A DNA stretch of 64,000 nucleotides from an uncultured Ruminococcus sp. (GCA_900539835.1 UQDR01000006.1:34255-98254); one strand, 5' to 3'. Shown: positions 20,495 through 31,222, counted from the first letter of the stretch. The notes: generated by a model not told the origin, from the sequence alone. A program made the numbers and translations.

Positions 20495-22576
20495 ATAATT
20501 TTTTGATAGCTTTACTGAAACCGTTCCTGCTTCTTTGTTAAATGAAAAGCTTTCTTCATTATAAGAGGGATAAATACAGGAAATTTCAGCATTTTTGCCT
20601 TTTAGAAATTCAACAGGCAAAACGCAGGTGTCCTTTGAGCTTTCACGTTTCCAAACTGCGAGATATGCAGTATTATCTGTTTTTAGTCCAAGTGATACCC
20701 ACTCGTCTGAAAATTCAGATGTGCCAAGACTCCAGAACGGCAAAGCGCTCTTTATATCTTTTCGCATTTGTTTGTAAATGTCTATAGCTTCTTTTACCAA
20801 AGCCTTGCGTTCAGGTTCTATGTTTACTAAATGACCGCTTTGATGTATTCTCAGCATCATTGCGTTTATCATGTTGAAAACGACTTCTTCCTTATCGCCG
20901 CTGACCATTGGATAAGACCAGACAGCAGCCTGTTCAGGACAAAGGGCAGAAGGTGCGTTTGCTGAAATCGTGCAGTATCTTTTATAATCGTCCTGATCTG
21001 ACGTGGACTGTATGGAATATCTTGAAAGCAAAGCATAATCCATTCTCAAACCACCGCTTGAACAGTTTTCTATAATCAGCTTCGGATATTTTTTAAAAAT
21101 ACTGTCAAGCCATGCAAGATAAGCCCTTTCATGTCCTAAAAGTCCATCTCCCACGCTGTCAGAATTATATTCCGTGCCGATCCCCGGTTCAATGTTGTAG
21201 TCCATTTTAATATATCCCACGCCGTATTGTGATACAAGCCTGTCAATAACTTCATTGGCATGAGCGATAACCTTTGGATTTCTGAAATCAAGCTGATAGC
21301 GGGAACGATCGTGTACACGCTTTCCATGTCTTGTGAAAAACCATGTGTCATCACAAACATCATTAACCATAGGACATTTTATACCCATAACCTCAAGTTC
21401 AAGCCAGACTCCGGGTACCATACCCTTTGAGCGGATATAGTCTGTTACTTCTTTTAAACCATTGGGGAAGCGCTCTTTTGATTCCTGCCACCTCCCTACG
21501 CCGTCCCACCAAAAGCCTTTGTCATACCAGCCTGCGTCAATGCAGAAATATTCACAGCCTGCTTCAGTGGCATCGTCAATAAGAGGTATTTCTTTTTCTG
21601 TTGTGGGATCACCCCAAAGACAGTTCATATAATCATTAAAAATAACGGCAAGAGTTTCATTGTCACGGTTTTTACGGCGTATTTTTCTGCGGTATTTTGT
21701 CAGCTCGCCCATAGCGTTGTCAAATCCGCCTGTGCATACCCCTACAGCACAGGGAACCGATTCAAAAGTTTCACCGTTTCGCAGGTTTTTGCTCCAATGA
21801 GATTCAATTTCCGACGGTCCTGAAAGCTGTAGGTATAAGTGACCCTCTTGGTCGGAAATTTCCCAATGCCATGAACCGTTGTGTTCAATCTGCCAGAAAA
21901 GAGAAGAGTTCGTTTCTTTGTTTTCCAAATATCCCATTGGGATATATTCCTTTGCTGACCAGTTGCCTACATTAGTGAAAGCAATAGCTTTTGATGAGTG
22001 CTGTTCTTTAAGGGGCTGGCAAAGTTCAATACCAAGCTGAGGAAGGGTATATTCCTGCCATTGCAGTTCTCTCTGCCAGGAGTTGTGACATACACGCAAA
22101 GCCATTTTCTCGTCCTGAGAAAGCAGTCCCTCTTTTTCGATTCCTGTAAGAGCGAAAGATGAAACATATTCAAGGGTAACGTCATCTTTACCGTTGTTTG
22201 TAACAGTAGTCCATGTTCTTGCAACGGAAATGCCGTTGTAAAACTGGAAATGAGAAACGACTTCAATCCCAGTTTCATCATCAAATGTAACAATTTCAAG
22301 CTTGCGTCCCAACTGATTTCCCGTGTCCCTAAAATCTTTGAATTTCAGTTTGTATCCGGGAGCGGTGACAATATATTTATTGCCGTGACGTTCTAAGGGG
22401 CGGTCAAGTCCTGAAATATTCACCTCAACAAGTCTGAATCCGAGCGTTCCGGAACGGGAAGTAATATCATTTTCATTAAAGGGAAGTGCGGAGAAATGCA
22501 GTAATTTTGCTTCATTGTTATCGTCAATTTCCAGCACTAAATTAATGCCGTTCTCATTTATGTGAATTCGGTTCAT
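20465..22576 (-). CDS. alpha-galactosidase, glycoside hydrolase family 36
   Basis: 703 aa. The KMDYN and CSSGG segments are typical of GH36 melibiases. Confidence 0.8.
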   Translation of the reverse strand: MNRIHINENGINLVLEIDDNNEAKLLHFSALPFNENDITSRSGTLGFRLVEVNISGLDRPLERHGNKYIVTAPGYKLKFKDFRDTGNQLGRKLEIVTFDDETGIEVVSHFQFYNGISVARTWTTVTNNGKDDVTLEYVSSFALTGIEKEGLLSQDEKMALRVCHNSWQRELQWQEYTLPQLGIELCQPLKEQHSSKAIAFTNVGNWSAKEYIPMGYLENKETNSSLFWQIEHNGSWHWEISDQEGHLYLQLSGPSEIESHWSKNLRNGETFESVPCAVGVCTGGFDNAMGELTKYRRKIRRKNRDNETLAVIFNDYMNCLWGDPTTEKEIPLIDDATEAGCEYFCIDAGWYDKGFWWDGVGRWQESKERFPNGLKEVTDYIRSKGMVPGVWLELEVMGIKCPMVNDVCDDTWFFTRHGKRVHDRSRYQLDFRNPKVIAHANEVIDRLVSQYGVGYIKMDYNIEPGIGTEYNSDSVGDGLLGHERAYLAWLDSIFKKYPKLIIENCSSGGLRMDYALLSRYSIQSTSDQDDYKRYCTISANAPSALCPEQAAVWSYPMVSGDKEEVVFNMINAMMLRIHQSGHLVNIEPERKALVKEAIDIYKQMRKDIKSALPFWSLGTSEFSDEWVSLGLKTDNTAYLAVWKRESSKDTCVLPVEFLKGKNAEISCIYPSYNEESFSFNKEAGTVSVKLSKNYSARLFKLEF

Positions 22577-22578
22577 GT

Positions 22579-23766
22579 TTAAAGCTCCTTTAAAATTTCG
22601 TCTAATATTCTTGATGCCGCCTGAGATTTTGACATCTTTTCAAGGCAGATTTCCTTATTCTTGGTTATTATTGTTACAACATTGGTATCAACGCCGAATC
22701 CGGCGCCTTCTGTAAGAAGATTATTTGCTGCGATCATATCAAGGTTTTTACGTTCAAGTTTTCTTCTTGAATTTTCTATCATATTTTCTGTTTCCATAGA
22801 AAAGCCGCATAGGAACTGATTTTTTTTCATTTGCCCCAGCTGAGCAAGAATATCTTTTGTCCGTTCAAGTTCAATAGACATATCTTCATCATTCTTTTTA
22901 ATTTTGTTTTCTGCAATGTGTGCAGGGCGGTAATCTGCGACAGCCGCTGCTTTTATACAGATATCGCAGTCATCAAAGCGTTTTGTTACCTCATCAAACA
23001 TTTCCTGAGCTGATTTTATTTTAACAGCTTCAACAAACATTGGCGGATCAATTTCTGTATGACCGTGGACAAGTGTAACCTGAGCCCCTCTCAGCATAGC
23101 GTTTTCAGCAAGTGCAAAACCCATTTTTCCTGTGGAATGATTAGTAATATATCTTACCGGGTCGATTGCTTCTTGTGTTGCACCTGCGGTAATAAGAATT
23201 CTTTTGCCTGCAAGGTCTTTTTCAAAGGCAATTTCTTTTAAAATATAGTTAAGCAGGACTTCCTCCGACGGCATTTTTCCGTCGCCTATATCTCCGTTTG
23301 CAAGCATACCTCTGTCGGGTTCAACGATTTCATAGCCGTAATGTCTGAGCTTTTCAATATTATCCTTTACGATCGGATTATGGAACATATTGTGGTTCAT
23401 TGCAGGTGATATGATTTTTTTGCATGGACAAGCCATTACGGTAGTTGTAAGCATATCATCCGCAATTCCGTTTGCAATTTTTCCTATAACATTTGCGCTT
23501 GCGGGAGCAATCATTACAACATCAGCTTGTTTAGCAAGAGCGACATGCTCTACGCTGTATTGAAAATTTCTGTCGAATGTATCAATAAGGCACTTGTTGC
23601 CTGTAAGAGTTTCAAAGGTAATGGGATTTATAAACTGGGTTGCGTTCTGTGTCATCAGCACATGGACATTACAGTGAAGCTTTTTCAGCATTCTTGCAAG
23701 GTTAGCAATTTTATATGCGGCAATACTGCCGGTTACTCCTAAAACTACAGTTTTTCCTTTAAGCAT
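22579..23766 (-). CDS. coaBC: bifunctional phosphopantothenoylcysteine decarboxylase/phosphopantothenate-cysteine ligase
   Basis: N-terminal flavoprotein domain (VLGVTGSIAAYK) plus C-terminal DFP domain. 395 aa. Confidence 0.9.
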   Translation of the reverse strand: MLKGKTVVLGVTGSIAAYKIANLARMLKKLHCNVHVLMTQNATQFINPITFETLTGNKCLIDTFDRNFQYSVEHVALAKQADVVMIAPASANVIGKIANGIADDMLTTTVMACPCKKIISPAMNHNMFHNPIVKDNIEKLRHYGYEIVEPDRGMLANGDIGDGKMPSEEVLLNYILKEIAFEKDLAGKRILITAGATQEAIDPVRYITNHSTGKMGFALAENAMLRGAQVTLVHGHTEIDPPMFVEAVKIKSAQEMFDEVTKRFDDCDICIKAAAVADYRPAHIAENKIKKNDEDMSIELERTKDILAQLGQMKKNQFLCGFSMETENMIENSRRKLERKNLDMIAANNLLTEGAGFGVDTNVVTIITKNKEICLEKMSKSQAASRILDEILKEL

Positions 23767-24227
23767 AATAATTCCTCCGATTTAAAATTTCAGATGTTTA
23801 TAACTTAGGCGGCGGGTTCCATCTTGTCATCAGTAGGAGATACAATCTCCTACTGATGACCGCATTGCTTTGCAATGCGCTTGCCACGTTAAATGACGGG
23901 GCAAGCCCCTTATTGAAAATACCCCTTCACTTATAGCCCCAAATGGGGTGTTTTTTGCACGCAAACGTGCAACTATGAACAAAAAAGTTTTTAATTAAAA
24001 TATTTTTTGTATTAATGAACAATAATCAAACTGAATAATTGTATAAAATATACAAAATAATTTATCAGTCTTTAACACATTATATCATAAAAAAATTCCA
24101 AAAGCTATAGCAATTTTAAAAAAAGTATGATATAATAACTTAGTATTGTATTGTATCCCGAAAGCAAAAAGAAATAAGCTGGATTTCTTTTTGTAAGCAG
24201 GGAATAATAACAAGGAGGAAATTTGAT

Positions 24228-24863
24228 ATGAAAACAACAATCAAGACAAAGCAGCTTGTAATTTTAGGACTTATGACCGCAATTTTGCTGCTAATGGCAT
24301 TTACGCCGCTGGGGTATCTGAATATCGGACCTTTAGCAATTACATTTAATGTTATTCCAGTTGCAATATCTGCAATAGTTTTAGGACCTGTAGGCGGAGC
24401 AGTCGCAGGAGCCGTGTTTGGATTAACAAGCTTTTTGCAGTGTATCGGTGTAGGCGGAACGAGCGCAATGGGTGTGATTTTATTTGATATCAATCCAATT
24501 TTTGCGTTTATCCAGCGTTTTATACCACGTGTTTTGGACGGAGTACTTATAGGATTTATCTTCCGAGGTGTAAGAAAGCATACTAATACTTATGCGGCAA
24601 GTGCAGTAACAGGATTCTTTTCTGCATTTTTAAATACTCTTTTCTTTATGACATTTCTTGTTGCACTTTATGGCAACACAGATTATATTCAGAGTCTTAT
24701 TAACGGAAGAAACATAATAGTGTTTATTTGCACTTTTGTAGGAATAAATGCCGTATGCGAAATGATTTCTTCAACGATTATTACAGGTGCTGTGGGAGCG
24801 GCGCTGTATAAAGCCAAGCTTATTCCGTCGTTTTCAAAAAAGAATAGTGAAACGAAAGAATAA
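24228..24863 (+). CDS. ECF transporter S component (probably pantothenate-specific)
   Basis: 211 aa, 6 TM segments. Immediately upstream of coaX and divergent from coaBC. Confidence 0.6.
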   Translation: MKTTIKTKQLVILGLMTAILLLMAFTPLGYLNIGPLAITFNVIPVAISAIVLGPVGGAVAGAVFGLTSFLQCIGVGGTSAMGVILFDINPIFAFIQRFIPRVLDGVLIGFIFRGVRKHTNTYAASAVTGFFSAFLNTLFFMTFLVALYGNTDYIQSLINGRNIIVFICTFVGINAVCEMISSTIITGAVGAALYKAKLIPSFSKKNSETKE

Positions 24864-24882
24864 ATTTTTCGGAGGTCAATAA

Positions 24883-25647
24883 ATGATACTGGCGGTAGAT
24901 ATCGGCAACTCCAATATTGTTATGGGGTGTTTTGAAGACGAGAAAATTCTTTTTACTGAAAGACTTTCTACAAATCTTCAGGCAACAACTTTAGAATATA
25001 CAATAATGATAAAGAACATACTTGAGCTTAACGGTTTTAACGATTGCAGCTTTCAGGGAGGGATAATTTCTTCTGTAGTACCTTCGGTAACGCTTGCTGT
25101 TAAAGCTGCTATGGAAAGATTGACTGACCATAGGGTTATGGTTGTGGGACCGGGAATAAAAACCGGCTTAAAAATACTTCTTGACAATCCTGCTCAGCTT
25201 GGAAGCGACAGGGTCGCAGACGCTGTTGCGGCTATAAATAATTATCCTGTCCCGATAATAATAGTAGACATGGGAACTGCAACTACCATATCGGTAATTG
25301 ATCATGATAAGAATTTCTTGGGAGGAATGATTCTTCCGGGCTTGAGGGCTTCGCTTGATTCTCTTACAAACAGAACCTCACAGCTGCCTAATATAAGTCT
25401 TGTTCCGCCGAAAAAGATTATTGGTTCTAACACAATAGACTGCATGAAAAGCGGTGTAATAAACGGTACAGCTTCAAGTATAGACGGGATCATTGATCGT
25501 ATAGAGGACGAGTTGGGAGAGAAATGTACAGTTATTTCTACCGGCGGAGTATCACAGACTATAATACCCTTTTGCAAGAAAGATATTATTCTTGACGATC
25601 AGCTTCTTTTAAAAGGATTAATGATAATTTATAATAAAAACAAATAA
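24883..25647 (+). CDS. coaX: type III pantothenate kinase
   Basis: N-terminal LAVDIGNSN ASKHA motif. 254 aa. Confidence 0.85.
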   Translation: MILAVDIGNSNIVMGCFEDEKILFTERLSTNLQATTLEYTIMIKNILELNGFNDCSFQGGIISSVVPSVTLAVKAAMERLTDHRVMVVGPGIKTGLKILLDNPAQLGSDRVADAVAAINNYPVPIIIVDMGTATTISVIDHDKNFLGGMILPGLRASLDSLTNRTSQLPNISLVPPKKIIGSNTIDCMKSGVINGTASSIDGIIDRIEDELGEKCTVISTGGVSQTIIPFCKKDIILDDQLLLKGLMIIYNKNK

Positions 25648-25669
25648 ATTTATAATACAATACAAAATA

Positions 25670-25700
25670 AAAACAGTCCTGAAATTCAGGGCTGTTTTTT
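25670..25700. terminator. bidirectional terminator
   Basis: AAAAACAGTCCTGAAATTCAGGGCTGTTTTTT. Confidence 0.7.
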
Positions 25701-25718
25701 CAATGGGCAAATCTTTGG

Positions 25719-26414
25719 TTATATAAATTCATTCAGTTCTTTTCTTATTTTTTTTCTGTCAGGGCAATATTTTTCCACAAGCGCCCAGAAGTCTTTGCTG
25801 TGATTCATATGCTTTAAATGACAAAGCTCATGGATAATAACATATTCAAGACATTCACGAGAATGATATATGATATCACGATTTATAGATATGTTTCCAT
25901 CTGACGAGCATCTGCCCCAGCTGCTTTTCATGCTTTTAACTGTAATTTTTTCAGGATAAAGCCCCGTGATTTCAGCATATTTGAAAACGGTATCTTGGAT
26001 TTGTTTTACGGTAAATTCATTTATAAGCTTTTCAATTGACAGCTTCAGTCTATCTTCCGGCAAACCTTTGTTTGTTGCTGTAATGATAGTTTTATCTGAA
26101 AAATAGGGCTTAAAATATTTGTCAGCATATATAAGCTTTAAGGTATATTTTTCTCCTAAAAGCATGATGCTTTCGCCGTTTTTGAATTGAGTAAAACCAA
26201 CTGTTTTCGGTTTTGATTTAGATAAATTATCTTTTATCCATTGTTCTTTGGATATCAAAAAGCTTATGTATTTATCCTCAGGCAAATTCAAAGGTGTTTT
26301 AAGAGTGACCTTTCCCTCACGGATACATAGGTATATATTTTTGCGTTTCCCTGTATCGAGCATGTAATCAAGCGTGTATCCATCGCTGAAAGTGAATTGC
26401 TTTTTTGCTTGCAT
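25719..26414 (-). CDS. YgjP-like metal-dependent hydrolase (DUF45/M48 superfamily)
   Basis: HELCHLKH zincin motif. Confidence 0.65.
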   Translation of the reverse strand: MQAKKQFTFSDGYTLDYMLDTGKRKNIYLCIREGKVTLKTPLNLPEDKYISFLISKEQWIKDNLSKSKPKTVGFTQFKNGESIMLLGEKYTLKLIYADKYFKPYFSDKTIITATNKGLPEDRLKLSIEKLINEFTVKQIQDTVFKYAEITGLYPEKITVKSMKSSWGRCSSDGNISINRDIIYHSRECLEYVIIHELCHLKHMNHSKDFWALVEKYCPDRKKIRKELNEFI

Positions 26415-26422
26415 TTTTTCAG

Positions 26423-26995
26423 TTATGATATGGGAGAGGATTGAAGATATTCATTCCACACATATCCTGTTTTTTGACCGTCAATGTTCATAAATGTTAC
26501 TTTCCAATATCCGCTTTCCAGTTTTTCAAGTACAGTTACTTCAATGTTAGGTGACATGCACACAATATTTTCTGCATCTTTGTCAGGTTCTGTATGAAGA
26601 TATGCATATTGATTTACAAAGGCTGTTTCTGTACTTTCAGCAATGCTGCTGTCCTCTGTTTCAGATGATTCATTTTCTTTTTCAGTATTTGAACTGTCAT
26701 TATTATCTTTAGTTTTTTTAGAATCTGATAAATCGGCATTGGCTTCTGCTGCGGGTGTGGTACGGTTAGTGTTTATAGTTCCTGTATCAATGCCGGCAGG
26801 AAGTCCGTTGTCACTGTTTGAAAAAAGTCCTTTTGCCATAAATATAACAATACAAACTGCAAAAATACCGATTACAACAATTCCGCCTGCACGCAAGGAC
26901 ATACTCTGTTTAGGCTTTGTGTCTTTGCTTCCGGATATTTTTGAAGAATTGGGAGATCGATTTTGGTTATTCATTTTTTCTTTTTCTCCTCTCAT
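26423..26995 (-). CDS. membrane-anchored bacterial SH3 domain protein
   Basis: N-terminal TM segment, low-complexity linker and a C-terminal SH3b-like domain. Confidence 0.5.
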   Translation of the reverse strand: MRGEKEKMNNQNRSPNSSKISGSKDTKPKQSMSLRAGGIVVIGIFAVCIVIFMAKGLFSNSDNGLPAGIDTGTINTNRTTPAAEANADLSDSKKTKDNNDSSNTEKENESSETEDSSIAESTETAFVNQYAYLHTEPDKDAENIVCMSPNIEVTVLEKLESGYWKVTFMNIDGQKTGYVWNEYLQSSPIS

Positions 26996-27282
26996 TTTAG
27001 AATAGAATTGTTATCATTAATTATATCTTTATTTTATTTTTTTGTCAAGCAATGTAAATTTTTGCATAATAAAAGCTTATCTTTTTGGCTTTTCTGAAAA
27101 TATACTGAAAAAGTGCACAAAACGCTGTCTTATAATTTGTGCAATATTCAGTGCAAAATATCTGAAAAACTATTGACAAGCACAATATGTAGTGGTATAA
27201 TGATAAGCACAGTACAAGTTATACTATAAATTGCAGGAAGAAAATAATAAATATATATTAATTAAGAAAGAGGTCTTAAATT

Positions 27283-27555
27283 ATGGTAGATGTAAAAGTA
27301 ACAAACGGTGAGCTTTCAAAGGCTGAAATTGATGCATATATCGCAAGAGCACATGAGCTTTATCCAAACAAAACTATTGAAGGAATGGACATAGCTGTTG
27401 ACGGCGATTATGTAGATATACAGTATCGCTTTGCTGACGTTCCATTCCAGAGAATCCGCAGAATCACAGGTTATCTTGTTGGTACTGTTGACAGATTCAA
27501 CAATGCAAAAAGAGCAGAGGTTGAGGACAGAGTTAAGCATAATGTTTGCTGTTAG
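27283..27555 (+). CDS. small glycyl-radical-domain-like protein
   Basis: 90 aa. Its C-terminal IRRITGYLV(G) fits the glycyl-radical signature and is followed by a ..EVEDRVKH tail resembling NrdD/GrcA ends. Strong upstream promoter and downstream terminator. Confidence 0.4.
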   Translation: MVDVKVTNGELSKAEIDAYIARAHELYPNKTIEGMDIAVDGDYVDIQYRFADVPFQRIRRITGYLVGTVDRFNNAKRAEVEDRVKHNVCC

Positions 27556-27615
27556 TAAAGCCTTTTAAACTAATAATATTTTAGGGTGAACTCATTTGAG
27601 CTCACCCTTTTTGTT

Positions 27616-28986
27616 TTAATCAATAACTGAAATAACCTTTTTGTAAATCATCCTTAAAAATATTACAGAGCATAAGAAAGATGCAATTTCGGCAATGGGG
27701 AATGCCCACCAGACATAATCGACATTTGAATAATTTGTTGCTTTTGCAATTATAAGAGCCGCAGGAAGAAGTACGACAAGCTGTCTTGCAATGGAAATAA
27801 ACATTGAGAAAACTCCGTGTCCCAGCGCTTGAAGAGACGAGCTGACTATAATTCCGAAGCCTGCAAAAATAAAGCTTAGGCTTATGATTCTCATTGCCGT
27901 TGAGCCCATATTAAGCATAGTGTCCGACGCTTTAAACATTTTCAATAAAACATCAGGTATGAGCTGCATTATTATAATGCCGACTGTCATGATCGTGCAG
28001 GCATAAATGACGCCGTATTTTATTGTTGAGGTCATCCTCTTTCTTTTGCGTGCACCGTAGTTGTAAGAAAGAATAGGAATAAGTCCGTTGTTCAGACCGA
28101 ATACAGGCATAAATATAAAGCTTTGCAGTTTAAAATATGCTCCGAGAACCGCTTGTGCAGTATCTGAATAGCTGTTGAGAACCTTATTCATGCCAAAGGT
28201 CATAACTGAGGTTATGGATTGCATTATAATTGAGGGAATTCCGACAGCATAAATTCTTTTTATTGTCTTAAAATCAGGACGGAAACCAATCATGTTAATG
28301 CTGATTTCCTTATTCTTTGCAACATTAAGATATACACCTAAAATCAAGGCGATTATCTGGCCTATTACAGTTGCGGCTGCTGCGCCTGTAACTCCCATTT
28401 TCGGGAATGGACCGATTCCGAAAATTAGAATAGGGTCTAAAATTATGTTTATAATAGCTCCCAGTCCCTGAGTGAACATAGAATATATTGTTTTTCCGGT
28501 AGCCTGAAGAAGCCGTTCACAGGTTATCTGTCCTAACACGCCAATGCTCAGAAGAGTAATGATTCTCATATATTGTACGCCATAGTTTATGATTTCCTGA
28601 TTATTTGATTGTGCATTAAAAAACATTTCAGTGAAAAATAAACCGAAAATAATGAAAATAATATAATTTATAAAGGTCAGAAAAATTCCGTTGCGTGCCG
28701 CCTTGTTTGCACGCTCAAAATTCTTTTCCCCTAAAGATTTTGAAAGCAGTGCATTGATTCCGACGCCTGTGCCTGCGCCCAAAGCAATCATAAGGTTTTG
28801 AACGGGAAACGCGAGAGATACTGCTGTAAAAGCGTTCTCGCTGATTTTTGATACAAAAATGCTGTCAACTATGTTATATAAAGCCTGAATGATCATTGAA
28901 ATCATAATCGGCAAAGACATAGACAGCAAAAGCTTATTAATAGGCTTAACACCCATTTTGTTTTCTGTTGCTGTACTTGCGCTCAT
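27616..28986 (-). CDS. MATE family efflux transporter
   Basis: 456 aa, 12 TM segments, MatE repeats. Confidence 0.8.
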   Translation of the reverse strand: MSASTATENKMGVKPINKLLLSMSLPIMISMIIQALYNIVDSIFVSKISENAFTAVSLAFPVQNLMIALGAGTGVGINALLSKSLGEKNFERANKAARNGIFLTFINYIIFIIFGLFFTEMFFNAQSNNQEIINYGVQYMRIITLLSIGVLGQITCERLLQATGKTIYSMFTQGLGAIINIILDPILIFGIGPFPKMGVTGAAAATVIGQIIALILGVYLNVAKNKEISINMIGFRPDFKTIKRIYAVGIPSIIMQSITSVMTFGMNKVLNSYSDTAQAVLGAYFKLQSFIFMPVFGLNNGLIPILSYNYGARKRKRMTSTIKYGVIYACTIMTVGIIIMQLIPDVLLKMFKASDTMLNMGSTAMRIISLSFIFAGFGIIVSSSLQALGHGVFSMFISIARQLVVLLPAALIIAKATNYSNVDYVWWAFPIAEIASFLCSVIFLRMIYKKVISVID

Positions 28987-29080
28987 CTGCTGTAAACATT
29001 CCTTTCATCTTAAAACATCTTTTTTCGTCAATATGTCCTATATTATAGCATAAATCATTTTATATTACAACACCCGGTTA

Positions 29081-29848
29081 TCAAGAATTTCTAAAGAACT
29101 TTTTAATTAATAAAACAGTAATTGCGATCCACTCACGAACCCAGTAGATAAAGATATATCTCGGTTCAGTGTGCGCTGAAACGGAAAAGGAATTAATGTT
29201 TTGTTCTTTGGCAATTAAATTTGCTCTGAATTGATGAAAGCCGTCGGTAACGATAGCGATTTGTGATTCAATTTCAAGACTTTTTATAATGTTCATTGAG
29301 AATTCTAAGTTTTCTTTTGTGGAAGTGGATTTGTCCTCCTTAATGAGCTTGTCCGAGTTTATGCCTTTGTTCAATAAATATCTGTACATTGCTTCAGCCT
29401 CTGAAATAATTTCATCCTCGCCTTTGCCTCCTGATAAAATACAGAAACTATCAGGATATTTATTTAAATATTCAAATGCAGAATCCAAACGCTTTCTAAG
29501 CATTCGGGTGGGCAGACCGTTTTTTACACGGCATCCGAGAACTATCGCTGTACAAGAAATTTTAGGATAATTTTTCTGTGCTTTTATCATAAGAAACGTA
29601 ATAGCAGACAAATATATTAAAATAGCCATTATAATAAAGAATAGTGTAATTACCAAAAGCCTTCCTGACAGGCTTTCCCATAAGTCTTTGATAAGAACGC
29701 TTATTTGATTGCGGTATCCTGTAACTAACAGGAGCAAGGCTGACATAAATGCTCCCGCAATATTTCCGCTGCAAATACGAGGAAGAGAAACAAAAAAGTA
29801 TGACATAAGTATTACTTCCAATGCCAATAATATGTTAATAATCGTCAT
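29081..29848 (-). CDS. DUF218 (YdcF/SanA-like) membrane protein
   Basis: N-terminal TM segments plus a DUF218 core. Confidence 0.5.
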   Translation of the reverse strand: MTIINILLALEVILMSYFFVSLPRICSGNIAGAFMSALLLLVTGYRNQISVLIKDLWESLSGRLLVITLFFIIMAILIYLSAITFLMIKAQKNYPKISCTAIVLGCRVKNGLPTRMLRKRLDSAFEYLNKYPDSFCILSGGKGEDEIISEAEAMYRYLLNKGINSDKLIKEDKSTSTKENLEFSMNIIKSLEIESQIAIVTDGFHQFRANLIAKEQNINSFSVSAHTEPRYIFIYWVREWIAITVLLIKKFFRNS

Positions 29849-30013
29849 TCTGATCCGCCCCCTGTTATCAGCATTATGCTTATTATATCAAAAAATTCAT
29901 GCTTATAAATGAATATTTGCTTAATTCTGATAAAAAATATATTCTTCGTTGACAAAAATATACTACGGTGGTATAATAATTTTAAAATTATTTTAAATAG
30001 GAGGATACTGATT

Positions 30014-31180
30014 ATGAAAGATGTGAAAATTTCTGATTCAGTAATTTATATTGGTGCAGACGATAAGAATATTGATTTATTTGAAAGTCAGTATGTTGTG
30101 CCTAATGGTATGGCTTATAATTCTTATGTGATTCTTGATGAAAAGGTTGCAGTAATGGATACTGTGGACAACAGAGTAACAGATATCTGGCTTGAAAACC
30201 TGGAAAAAGCGCTTGCCGGACGTACAGTTGATTATCTCGTTGTTCAGCATATGGAGCCTGACCATTCTTCAAATATTCAAAGACTTGCTGAAAAATATCC
30301 TGATATGAAAATTGTCGGCAATGCAAAAACCTTTGTTATGATGTCACAATTTTTTGACTTTGATTTCTCCGAACGTACAGTTGTCGTAAAAGAGGGTGAT
30401 ACACTTTCGCTTGGTTCACATACCTTGCAGTTTATAATGGCTCCTATGATTCACTGGCCTGAGGTTATGGTTACTTATGAACAGAGCGAAAAGATTTTGT
30501 TCTCTGCCGATGGATTCGGAAAGTTTGGTACATTGGATACTGACGAGGATTGGGCCTGTGAAGCAAGACGTTATTATTTCAATATTGTCGGCAAATATGG
30601 TGCGCAGGTTCAGGGACTGCTTAAAAAAGCGGCAGCACTTGATATAAAAATGATATTGCCTCTCCATTGTCCGCTTTTGAAAGAAAATCTGGGATATTAT
30701 ATTGACAAGTACAATACATGGTCAAGCTATGAGCCTGAAAATAAAGGTGTGCTTGTAGCTTATGCTTCAATTCACGGCAATACTGCTAAGGCGGCAGAAA
30801 AGTTAGGCGAAATGCTCACAGCTAAGGGTGCGGAAAAGGTTGTTGTAAGCGACTTGTCCCGTGAAGATATGGCAGAAGTTATTGAGGATGCATTCCGTTA
30901 TGACAGACTTGTCGTTGCTTCAGCGTCTTATGACGGCGGAGTTTTCCCTGTTATGGAGGATTTTCTGAATCATCTGAAGTCTAAGGGCTATCAGAATAGA
31001 ACTATTGCCATAGTGGAAAACGGTTCTTGGGCGCCGACAGCAGGCAGAACAATGAAAGCGATTATTGATTCATATAAAAATATCAATCTTATTGACGGAA
31101 TTGTTACAATTAAATCAACTCTTAAGCCTGATACAGAAAAAGCACTTGAAGAGCTTGCAGAGAAATTGACGGCTAAGTAA
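30014..31180 (+). CDS. FprA-family A-type flavoprotein (metallo-beta-lactamase plus flavodoxin)
   Basis: HMEPDHS di-iron motif and a C-terminal flavodoxin domain. Start moved to 30014 (RBS AGGAGG at 30001). Confidence 0.8.
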   Translation: MKDVKISDSVIYIGADDKNIDLFESQYVVPNGMAYNSYVILDEKVAVMDTVDNRVTDIWLENLEKALAGRTVDYLVVQHMEPDHSSNIQRLAEKYPDMKIVGNAKTFVMMSQFFDFDFSERTVVVKEGDTLSLGSHTLQFIMAPMIHWPEVMVTYEQSEKILFSADGFGKFGTLDTDEDWACEARRYYFNIVGKYGAQVQGLLKKAAALDIKMILPLHCPLLKENLGYYIDKYNTWSSYEPENKGVLVAYASIHGNTAKAAEKLGEMLTAKGAEKVVVSDLSREDMAEVIEDAFRYDRLVVASASYDGGVFPVMEDFLNHLKSKGYQNRTIAIVENGSWAPTAGRTMKAIIDSYKNINLIDGIVTIKSTLKPDTEKALEELAEKLTAK

Positions 31181-31222
31181 GTACACAAATAAAAAGGGCG
31201 AACTGAAAAGTTCGTCCTTTTA

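Noticed and set aside
27283-27555. Annotating the 90-aa protein as anaerobic ribonucleotide reductase NrdD
   Set aside because: Only the last roughly 35 residues resemble the glycyl-radical tail. There is no Zn-ribbon Cys4 and no catalytic barrel, so it is at most a spare-part-like small protein.
29909-30013. Upstream extension of the FprA ORF (MNICLILIK...)
   Set aside because: The AGGAGG RBS at 30001 precedes the ATG at 30014, and homologues start with MKDVKI-like sequence.
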